From: Bradymonadia bacterium
GTDB taxonomy: Bacteria > Myxococcota_A > Bradymonadia > UBA7976 > UBA1532
Assembly: GCA_046290225.1 (NCBI GenBank)
Contig: JBKAGE010000037.1
Span: 160,001 to 224,000 of the forward strand
Direction of reading: 5' to 3'
DNA: 64,000 nt
Shown here: positions 29,281 to 37,133 of the stretch, piece after piece
Numbering within the stretch: position 1 is the stretch's first letter
How the letters are laid out: each line of letters opens with the position of its first letter
Program-made: the position numbers and the translations under genes
The notes under the pieces: model-generated
Database searches by the model: none
What the model was told of the DNA's origin: nothing
What the model saw: only the letters and a program-made list of their open reading frames with translations

Positions 29281-31122
29281 ATGGCCCAGTTCAAAGTCGA
29301 CGTCATGACCCTGCTCAACGCGCTCTGGCTCGCCGTGGAGCGTCTCGATCAGTCGCCACCTCCACACGACTGCTTGCGGGAGCAAGTGGCGCTGAAGGTG
29401 CTCGACGCCGGCGAAAATCGCGGGGGTCATGCTTTGAGGGGCGCCGCCGCGCTGCTCACATGGTCCGTGGTCGACGGAGACAGCCCCCAGGGTCAACTCG
29501 TCGAGGGTGTGGGCCGCGCCGTGGCGCGCTCTGCCGCCGGATGCCCTGATCCAGTGTGTATCGAGGCGGTGACCCGACTGCACGACCGCGCGGGCGACGA
29601 GGGCGCCCGATGGCTGATCCGTGGCACCCTCACCGAGGGCACACGGTGGCGTCGATTCATCGCCAGCCTCGCCCTCTGTGAGGCGGTGATGATGCACGAA
29701 GACACCTTCGTGCTCGAGTTGGACCTCGGCGATCAGCAGCCCTGGGATTCGACGCCCTCACCAGAGGCCACCCAGGATTGGCTCGGCACCCTCACCTGGT
29801 ATCAGAGCAGCGCCCTCGATGCGGGCAAAGTGAGCGGCAACAGTCTGGTGAACTTCGCCAAGCTCGTGCTCGCCACCCGCGAGGCGGCCCGAGTGGCCCA
29901 TACCTCCGATCGGCCGGCGCTCTACAACACCGTGGCCCAGATGCTCGACGACGAGGTGGAGCCGGGCTCGGTGAAGAGGGCATTTGATCCGAAGCGCATT
30001 TGTCCGGCGAGCATGGGCCGGCTCATCGAAGACGTCGCCGAGGGCGGCGGCGGGCTGAAGCTTCTACAACATCCGCTCAAGCGCGTAATCACCGCGCTGG
30101 GCCTCGAAGACACATCACACACAACAGGGGCAGAGACGCGTTCGGGCACGCGTTCAGGAGGGGGTATGCAGTCACCATCAAATAGACCTGCGAGAGGGGC
30201 TCAGCGGGCAGCGCAAGCCACCCTCGATGCACATTGCCTCGCCAGCGCAATCGAGGAGGCCCTGGAGGAGACGCCCTCGGGCCAAGCCCTCTGGCCGCAG
30301 CTGCGTGCTGTGGTCGACGACTTCATGGTTGGGCGGCCCGAGACCGTAGCCCCCGATGATCCGCGGGGCTTCGGCAGGCTGGTGCTCGACGAGCTTGCCC
30401 GCATCGGCACCTTGCCCGCGGCGCTGGCTCGACTTGCACACCAGGGGGCCGACTTGAGCGGTGACGTGCTCGCGGCATGTCAGAGCGGAGCTCTCAGCGC
30501 TGCAACGGTGGAATCACTGGCGCTGCACACCTCGAGCTGCGGTGCGTGTCAGGGGGCAGTTCAGCGGCTCAACCTCGAGACACAGTCTACAGCTCCGATC
30601 AGCGCCTCCGAGCCTGGCATCATCGAACGCGTGCTCCGCTGGTTGTCCACCCCTCAGTGGGCCCTGGGCACGATGATGGCGGTTGCGCTGGTTGTCTGGC
30701 TCGCCTGGCCCTCCACGGTGCGGGAGATCCCCGATTACGCGGTGGCCAGCATCACTGGAGCTGAGGGCAAATTGCTTGGAGACAACACACCTCGACGTGC
30801 ATTTACGGCCCGCAACCGTGTACGCATGGTGATTCAGCCCGACACTCGAATCTCTGGCGAGCCGGCACATGCTGGGGTGTACGTCACCTCAAAGGGTCAG
30901 CCTCTCCGCGCCTTGCCACGTGCGTGGCTCCAGCACAAAGCAGCGGGTGTGTTCATCTTCGAAGGGCCTGCCGCAGAGATCTGCACTCATGGCCCAGGGG
31001 CCTACACACTCGTCTTCGCCTTTGATGAGGATGACGACATCAGCACTGAGCTCTCGGGGCAGTCGATGGGTGACCTGAAGCACCCCCACACCGCCCAAGC
31101 TGTGATCGAGTATCGACCCTGA
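29281..31122 (+). CDS. Membrane-anchored anti-sigma-like protein (HxxxCxxC, TM helix, extracytoplasmic beta domain) with a long, possibly sigma-like N-terminal extension
   Basis: LALHTSSCGACQ zinc motif, TM segment WALGTMMAVALVVWLAW, PDY..RMVIQP..GAYTLVF; begins 3 nt after the CHAT stop. Confidence 0.65.
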   Translation: MAQFKVDVMTLLNALWLAVERLDQSPPPHDCLREQVALKVLDAGENRGGHALRGAAALLTWSVVDGDSPQGQLVEGVGRAVARSAAGCPDPVCIEAVTRLHDRAGDEGARWLIRGTLTEGTRWRRFIASLALCEAVMMHEDTFVLELDLGDQQPWDSTPSPEATQDWLGTLTWYQSSALDAGKVSGNSLVNFAKLVLATREAARVAHTSDRPALYNTVAQMLDDEVEPGSVKRAFDPKRICPASMGRLIEDVAEGGGGLKLLQHPLKRVITALGLEDTSHTTGAETRSGTRSGGGMQSPSNRPARGAQRAAQATLDAHCLASAIEEALEETPSGQALWPQLRAVVDDFMVGRPETVAPDDPRGFGRLVLDELARIGTLPAALARLAHQGADLSGDVLAACQSGALSAATVESLALHTSSCGACQGAVQRLNLETQSTAPISASEPGIIERVLRWLSTPQWALGTMMAVALVVWLAWPSTVREIPDYAVASITGAEGKLLGDNTPRRAFTARNRVRMVIQPDTRISGEPAHAGVYVTSKGQPLRALPRAWLQHKAAGVFIFEGPAAEICTHGPGAYTLVFAFDEDDDISTELSGQSMGDLKHPHTAQAVIEYRP

Positions 31123-31125
31123 TCG

Positions 31126-32376
31126 TCAGCGCATCGCCTTGGGCACCTTGATGCCTGCCACCTCGAGCACATCCCAGCGAAAATCCGTGTAGCTGTACTC
31201 GTCTGCCTTCCAGCTCGTACGCCGTGGGTCACGCATGCGCACTGCCACCAGATCAGCGCCGGGCACCACGATGACGTACTGCCCCAACCAGCCATCGGCG
31301 CGCCAGGCCAGCGGCTCGGTCTCGAACTCGAACATGCGGGTGCGGTTGGCTTCGAGGGTGCGGGCGACGAGATCGAACTCTGTGTCACCGATGCGCGCCT
31401 TCAAGCTCGCCTTCGCCACGTCGAAGTCCGTGAAGCGCTTCCCGATCAGCGTGCTCGCCTTCTCCACCGTCTCGGCCTTGACCCCCGCCTTCCCCCATCG
31501 CTCCAGGCGAGCCGCGTTCATCGTGTAGGCCTTGGGGCGACCATCACGCCACCAGAGCAGGCCGCACTGGTCGGTGATTTTCTGGCCCGGCGCCAGCATC
31601 TCGTCGATCCAGGCCTCGGAGACGAGCTGCTTGCCCTGCCACTTGCCGCGCTGCAGAACCAGAAGCCCGATCTTCGCCAGATCCATCGGGCGGATCAGCA
31701 ACTCACCGGCGGCCCGAGCGTCGCCCCGGCCGTCTTTGGACCAGAAAGCACCGATCACACCAAGCGGACCGAACAGCTGATGCTGCAAGAAGTCGTCGAA
31801 ATACATGCCCTCAGGGTGGGCACGGCGGGCGATCACCGAGAGGAAATCCACGGCATTGTTGTTGTAGGCGAAGGCCTCGCCTGGTGGGGTCTTCAGCGCA
31901 CCACCGACCACGTGGGCTTCGATGGTGCCCGTGGACCACTTCGGCGGCTTCCCCAGGCCATAGCGACCCTGGTCGATCCCCGACGTGTGGGCCAGCAGCT
32001 GCCGGAGGGTGATGCCCGCATGATCACCGCCCGCCCACTCGGGGATCACCCCCTTCGACAGAGGCGTGTCGAGGCTGAGCATGCCCTTGTCCACCATGAT
32101 GCCGATGCCCAGCGCCGCCACGGACTTGGTCACCGACATGGCCATCACGGCCGTCTCGGGATCCGCACCGAAGTACTCTTGAACGATGGGCTTGCCCTTG
32201 TGGAACACCACGAGCGCGGTGCTGTGCTCGGCCTTCGCCTTCGTCTTCAAGCGCGCGAGGGCCTTGGCGTCGAGGCCTGCGTGGCGTTTGGGGGCGCTCC
32301 ATGCCGTACTCGACAGCACGAGCGCTGCCAGCACCATCCAGAACTGAATCGTAGATGCGGTGTTTCGGGTCCTCAT
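31126..32376 (-). CDS. Secreted serine hydrolase, beta-lactamase/AmpC-like family
   Basis: Signal peptide; SVTK (SxxK), LLAHTSG, YNN, DLAKIG and ADGWLGQ. Confidence 0.9.
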   Translation of the reverse strand: MRTRNTASTIQFWMVLAALVLSSTAWSAPKRHAGLDAKALARLKTKAKAEHSTALVVFHKGKPIVQEYFGADPETAVMAMSVTKSVAALGIGIMVDKGMLSLDTPLSKGVIPEWAGGDHAGITLRQLLAHTSGIDQGRYGLGKPPKWSTGTIEAHVVGGALKTPPGEAFAYNNNAVDFLSVIARRAHPEGMYFDDFLQHQLFGPLGVIGAFWSKDGRGDARAAGELLIRPMDLAKIGLLVLQRGKWQGKQLVSEAWIDEMLAPGQKITDQCGLLWWRDGRPKAYTMNAARLERWGKAGVKAETVEKASTLIGKRFTDFDVAKASLKARIGDTEFDLVARTLEANRTRMFEFETEPLAWRADGWLGQYVIVVPGADLVAVRMRDPRRTSWKADEYSYTDFRWDVLEVAGIKVPKAMR

Positions 32377-32472
32377 GGGTCCTCTCGCAGTGTTGGCCCA
32401 TCTCGGGATACCCCATGCTGGACGAGGGCTCCAAGATCAAACGCCTACAGCCCCCACGCATCTCGACATACG

Positions 32473-32877
32473 ATGATCACGAGCTCACGACCTCGGGAGA
32501 GACCCCTGCGCGCCCTCACCCTTTCGTGCTGGCTGCTGCTGCTCGGCTATGGTGCCGGGCTGGTGGTCCACGCCCACGACGAGATCACCGAGACCTTCGA
32601 CGTCGACGTCAATGGTCGCGTACACCGGTTTCCCGTGCACACTGATGACGGGGAGATCATCGATCCCCGGGTGGGTGATCTGCGCACTGAGCGTTGCCAG
32701 CGGCGGGGGCACGAGGCCACCCTCGCGCGATACCAGGATCGCACCGTATTGATCGTCGGGCGCTCTCATACCCGTCCCCTCATCTTCGATCCGCAACGTG
32801 GCGTGGTCCTGCTCGAGCAGTCCGCCCCCACGCCAGAGCCCATCGCTGGAGATCAGGAGCCTCTCAGGTGCCCTTGA
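32473..32877 (+). CDS. Small secreted hypothetical protein
   Basis: Signal-like LLLLGYGAGLVVHA; stop overlaps the lnt start; the upstream part of the track ORF is antisense shadow. Confidence 0.5.
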   Translation: MITSSRPRERPLRALTLSCWLLLLGYGAGLVVHAHDEITETFDVDVNGRVHRFPVHTDDGEIIDPRVGDLRTERCQRRGHEATLARYQDRTVLIVGRSHTRPLIFDPQRGVVLLEQSAPTPEPIAGDQEPLRCP

Positions 32878-34298
32878 GCGCGCTTCAAAGATGGGCCCTG
32901 GTGGTGCTCTCGGGCTACCTGACAGGGACAGCCTTCATCTACACCGGCGGCGCCGCCCTCGTCGCCAACGTGCCTCTGTTCTTCGCCTTGAGATCTCGAG
33001 ATCGAGAGGGTCGAACCATCCGTGGCTTCGAAGCCGCGCTCATGGGTGGCCTCGTGGGCTTCATGGGTGGGCTGCACATCTACGGCATCCTCGACTACGG
33101 GTGGTTGCTGCTGTGGGGGTTCGCCCTCTACACCGGCAGTCAGATGGCACTCTTCGGCTGGCTGCTCCATCGGCTGTGGGGGCGCTCGCGGTGGGGTGAC
33201 ATCCTGTTGCCGGGTCTCGCCTGGGCTGTGAGCGAGTGGATCCGGACCGTGGGGGTGTTGTCGATGCCGGCGAGCTATGTGGGCTGCATCGCCGACGTGA
33301 GCTGGCTGAGGCCCTGGCTGGCCCTCGCCGCGGTCACTGGCGGGATCGGTGTGAGCACCCTCATCGGGGTGTTCCAAGGGGTGTTCTATTTCGGGATTAC
33401 GTCCTCGACCCATCGCACACCTGCAGGTGTCATCTTGCTCGTGTTGATGGGTGTGGGGGCGTGGGGTGCCATCGCTCCGCCACCTTTGGGTGAGCAGCCG
33501 GTGAAAGTGGCCGGCGTGCAAGGGGGCCTGCCCAATCACGTCTATGCAGGCGCTCAAATCGACCCCCTGCTGATGGAGGCGGTCATCGAGGCGTATGGCC
33601 CGCTGACCCAAGAGGCGGCCACCTCTGCTGATCTCGTCGTCTGGCCTGAGACCGCGGTGCGCACCAAGGTGCTGGGCAGCCCGGATCTCGAGGCGCGTCT
33701 GCTGCCCCCTGCCGACAGTGATGCCACCCTCGTCGCGGGCCTGGCGGTGGTCACGCCAGATGGCCTGGAGCACAACCGGGCGGTGGCCGTGCATGGTCGA
33801 CAGGTGGTGAGCTTCAGCGACAAAGTCCGCCTCGTACCGGGCCACGAGGCCCGATTCACCCCCGGAGAGCGCTGGCAGGCCATCGACACCCCAGTGGGCC
33901 CGGTGGGCGTGATGATTTGCCTCGAGTCAGTGTTCCCTGATGCAGGGCGCGCCCTCGCTGCCGACGGCGCCGAGCTATTGCTGGTCATCAGCAATGACGC
34001 CGGCTTCCGTCGATCGCCCATCGCCCGGCACATGACGTTGCGGGCAGTGGTTCGGGCGGTCGAGACCGGGCGCTGGCTGCTCCGCGTGGGCCAATCTGGT
34101 GTCACCACCCTCATCGATCCCCGCGGGCACACCCACGGCGAGTTGCCCCTCTTCTCTCACGGCATTCTCTCCGGCACGGCGCACCGGCTCCACCATACGA
34201 CCCTCTATGTGGCATGGGGTGACTGGTGGATGTATCTCGTATTTTCAGGTCTATTTTGGTTGTCCTTTCGGACTGTCTCACGCAAGAGACACGACTGA
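32874..34298 (+). CDS. lnt: Apolipoprotein N-acyltransferase
   Basis: Multiple TM helices, EWIR, WPETA (Glu), DKVRLVPG (Lys), ICLES (Cys), SNDAGF, RAVETGR, TLYVAWGDW; start approximate. Confidence 0.85.
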   Translation: MSALQRWALVVLSGYLTGTAFIYTGGAALVANVPLFFALRSRDREGRTIRGFEAALMGGLVGFMGGLHIYGILDYGWLLLWGFALYTGSQMALFGWLLHRLWGRSRWGDILLPGLAWAVSEWIRTVGVLSMPASYVGCIADVSWLRPWLALAAVTGGIGVSTLIGVFQGVFYFGITSSTHRTPAGVILLVLMGVGAWGAIAPPPLGEQPVKVAGVQGGLPNHVYAGAQIDPLLMEAVIEAYGPLTQEAATSADLVVWPETAVRTKVLGSPDLEARLLPPADSDATLVAGLAVVTPDGLEHNRAVAVHGRQVVSFSDKVRLVPGHEARFTPGERWQAIDTPVGPVGVMICLESVFPDAGRALAADGAELLLVISNDAGFRRSPIARHMTLRAVVRAVETGRWLLRVGQSGVTTLIDPRGHTHGELPLFSHGILSGTAHRLHHTTLYVAWGDWWMYLVFSGLFWLSFRTVSRKRHD

Positions 34299-34391
34299 AC
34301 CGTATTGGAACAACCATAAAATTGCTTCACATCTCTGACACTGGCCACTAAAAACACCAGCATCCAATCTCGTTGTATTCCATGAGGTCGA

Positions 34392-34904
34392 ATGAGCGGG
34401 TCTGATGACCATTGGCGTCCCCCTGGCCATGATCTGGGCCTCCCTGCCGCGACCCCATTTTCGAGTCGCCCGATGCTGCGTGTCCTCATCGCCGAGGATG
34501 ATGCCCTCAACCTGAACATGCTCACCCGCATCATGGAGCACCTCGGCTTCGAAGTGATCTCTGCAGGGACCGGTGAGCAGGCGGTCAGGCAATTTCGCGG
34601 GCAGCACATCGATCTGGTCTTGATGGACATCCAGATGCCCGAGATGGACGGCATCGAGGCCACGATCCAAATCAGGCGCTTGGAAGAGCGCGCGTTGGTG
34701 AAGGCGACCGGTCAAATCGGGCCGACACCCATCATCGCGGTCACCGCCAACATCGATCCCTATACACGCCGTCGTTGCCTCGAAGTGGGCATGACCGAGT
34801 ATCTCAACAAGCCGATCCGCAAGCAGACGATCGAGCTCCTGCTGACTCAGCTCTTTCCACGCTGGCGGCCGAGAGCACCGCTCAACAGGCGCCCCACCCA
34901 GTAG
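34392..34904 (+). CDS. Single-domain response regulator
   Basis: VLIAEDD, LMDIQMPEMDG, AVTAN and LNKP. Confidence 0.9.
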   Translation: MSGSDDHWRPPGHDLGLPAATPFSSRPMLRVLIAEDDALNLNMLTRIMEHLGFEVISAGTGEQAVRQFRGQHIDLVLMDIQMPEMDGIEATIQIRRLEERALVKATGQIGPTPIIAVTANIDPYTRRRCLEVGMTEYLNKPIRKQTIELLLTQLFPRWRPRAPLNRRPTQ

Positions 34905-35746
34905 AGCACTGCGAACATTGGCAGGAACACGATGATGGCGCTGCCCTCGTGCCATGGTCCCATGGCCAGCGCGTCTCCCCCATAGTGACCCAACAGACAA
35001 ATGATGGCGATTCGCAACGCGTTGGCGCCAAGGGCCATGACCGGGATGATGGCCTGCAACGCCACTCGACCGAGGATCGTACGCTGACTGGCCCACCCAA
35101 AGACCAGGCCGAAGAGCGTGAGGGTGATGAGCATGTTGATGCCACTGCAGGTCTCGTTGACCACCACCCAGTATCGCGGGGTATAGACCCCGAAGACTTC
35201 CCAGACCTTGCCCTCGTACCCCGCCACGTCGAGCAACCATGCGGCCCATTGAGCGCTCCACCTCTGAAGCACGGGGTCGAGATCTCGCAGGGCCCACTCC
35301 CAGGGCAACACGAAGAGCGCCACCAACATCGGGATGACCACGGCCCGAGCCCTCGGGCTGCCCTGGGCGCCCCACACCAGCACGAGGGTACCGAGTACAC
35401 AGCCCACCCCGGCGATCAGCATCCACCGTGCGCCCTCTCCAGGGTGCAGCCAGAGCGCCGACATGGTGCATGCCCAGATCAGGGCGAACACGACATGCGC
35501 GGCCCGGTGGGTACCGCTGGCCACTTCGGGCCACTGCGGCTGGCGTCGAATGATGAGAAAAAGGGCCAAAGCTGCAGGCAGGGCCATGACCCCAGCACCC
35601 AGGCTGCTGAGCGCAGTCCGAGTCCAGGTGAGAGCGGCCCACCGCAATACGATGATCGTGGGGATCGCCAGCAACACGCCGGCGAGGAGGGTGTGGCTCA
35701 GCGGCCACCGGGGAGCGCTCGAAGGCTCAGCGCTCAGCCTGGGCAT
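34847..35746 (-). CDS. Exosortase/archaeosortase-family transpeptidase
   Basis: About 8 TM helices; ETCSGI (Cys), ANALRI (Arg), WHE (His); LQRWSA helix. Confidence 0.88.
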   Translation of the reverse strand: MPRLSAEPSSAPRWPLSHTLLAGVLLAIPTIIVLRWAALTWTRTALSSLGAGVMALPAALALFLIIRRQPQWPEVASGTHRAAHVVFALIWACTMSALWLHPGEGARWMLIAGVGCVLGTLVLVWGAQGSPRARAVVIPMLVALFVLPWEWALRDLDPVLQRWSAQWAAWLLDVAGYEGKVWEVFGVYTPRYWVVVNETCSGINMLITLTLFGLVFGWASQRTILGRVALQAIIPVMALGANALRIAIICLLGHYGGDALAMGPWHEGSAIIVFLPMFAVLYWVGRLLSGALGRQRGKS

Positions 35747-35951
35747 CCTCGAGGGCTCGACGCTTCAAGGCGCTGCGCACCGCCCAGGTGGCCGGCACGC
35801 TGCCGGCGAGCATCATGGCCCACATGCCAGGCTCTGGCGCTCCGCCGCCACCACCGCCCCCGGGAGGGCCACCGCCGCCGCCGGCCCAAGCGAGAGCGGG
35901 CACCACGAGGCTGGTCAGCGCGAGCAGGAGATGTGAAGTGTTCAGGCGCAT
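35727..35951 (-). CDS. Minimal PEP-CTERM sorting-signal protein (74 aa)
   Basis: AGGAGG RBS; signal peptide (..ALAWA), G5PPG7A, then PEP, a hydrophobic helix and RSALKRR; overlaps the exosortase start. Confidence 0.8.
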   Translation of the reverse strand: MRLNTSHLLLALTSLVVPALAWAGGGGGPPGGGGGGGAPEPGMWAMMLAGSVPATWAVRSALKRRALEDAQAER

Positions 35952-36041
35952 GGTCGACCTCCTGACGAGTTGTCGAGGGCTCAGAGTAGCACAATGTGAT
36001 CGCGCGGTGTCAGTGAGCAGAGCATCCCAACGGATCTCTGC

Positions 36042-36716
36042 TCATGGCCGCCCCCTGCCGGTGAGCCGGGCCATCATCTGATCGAGCCGCGCCACATGAT
36101 CGTCCACTGAGGCATTGAGCGAGCGCTTCATGTACCGGGCGTTGCCGATGGCGGTGAGGGTGGCCTTGTACCTCTCATCGGCAGACTGATCCGTGAACAC
36201 AACCAGTGGGATCGGCCCGAGGCCCCAGCTGGGCTCGATGGCCCGCAGCCCCAGGGCGGCGTCGAGGGGATCCAGGGTGGCCTCGTCACCGCTCAAGAAG
36301 ATGAGCCCGGGCTTTCGGCCGGCGCTGAGAGACTTCACCGCCTCGGTGAGCATGATCGCCGGGGTCTCGAAAGACCGCACCGTGCCCGCCCAACCTGCTT
36401 CGACGAACCGGCTGGCCACGGTGCCCGTGAGCAAATCGCCGAATTGCACCATCCACACTTCGTCGAGCAGCGCTTTGGACGCCTTGGGTGCTGGGGTTTG
36501 AGGTGGCGGCGTGTGCCGCTTGGGCGCAGGCATCTGGGGGGTGCCTCGCGGGTTCACCCCTGTCGTCGAGACATCGACCACCACCCCACACACAGTGCAC
36601 AGCGCTACATAGCGATCGCCGTCGTTGATCACCCGCACCAGGGGCGGCTCTGCTCGCTGAGCACAGTCGTGCACGATGGACGGCGGCGCACGATCGTAGA
36701 GATTGAACGCGCTCAT
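36042..36716 (-). CDS. Zn-finger-like N-terminus plus degenerate receiver domain
   Basis: HDC..CTVC, Pro-rich linker, PGLIFLS..PIPLVVFT receiver-like fold lacking the phosphoacceptor Asp. Confidence 0.55.
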   Translation of the reverse strand: MSAFNLYDRAPPSIVHDCAQRAEPPLVRVINDGDRYVALCTVCGVVVDVSTTGVNPRGTPQMPAPKRHTPPPQTPAPKASKALLDEVWMVQFGDLLTGTVASRFVEAGWAGTVRSFETPAIMLTEAVKSLSAGRKPGLIFLSGDEATLDPLDAALGLRAIEPSWGLGPIPLVVFTDQSADERYKATLTAIGNARYMKRSLNASVDDHVARLDQMMARLTGRGRP

Positions 36717-37129
36717 GCCGCACCTCCGACGAGCCGCTCCACAGCCACCGAGAGGGTCCGGGCCAGGGCCATGGCCGACTGCCCTTCAGTCTTTTGAAGA
36801 TAGACGGCGCGGCCCAGATGGGCGAGGCGCTGCTCGGTCTCTGGCCCCGCGGGATAAGCGGAGAGCACCAGGATCGGACACGGCTCGGCCTCGAACCCCG
36901 CCTCGACGGCCCGAATCATCTGACCGGTGGCCCAGGCCTCTGGCCGCATCTGGGACAAATCGAGCACGGTGAGCGCCAGAGGTGTCCGAGCCTTCAAGGC
37001 CGCGGTGACCCCCTCGAGACACTCCAAACCATCACTGCACACGACGAACTGAGCGTAGCTGGGCTCGAGGCGCCCCATCTCCAGGGCCAGCTGAGCCTCG
37101 TCAGTGGCCACCATAACCTGCCTCGACAT
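36713..37129 (-). CDS. Atypical receiver-domain protein
   Basis: CSDGLECL..TVLDLS..PILVLSA..YLQK; start/stop overlap with the next gene. Confidence 0.6.
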   Translation of the reverse strand: MSRQVMVATDEAQLALEMGRLEPSYAQFVVCSDGLECLEGVTAALKARTPLALTVLDLSQMRPEAWATGQMIRAVEAGFEAEPCPILVLSAYPAGPETEQRLAHLGRAVYLQKTEGQSAMALARTLSVAVERLVGGAA

Positions 37130-37133
37130 GTGC

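Noticed and set aside
23123..31122. Integrative island, prophage or type III-E CRISPR locus
   Set aside because: No integrase, tRNA, att repeats, cas genes or array in the window.
31780..32873. Long overlapping 5' extensions of ORFs 31780-32877 and 32694-34298, suggesting a frameshift
   Set aside because: Later starts (32473 and about 32874) give ordinary coupled genes.
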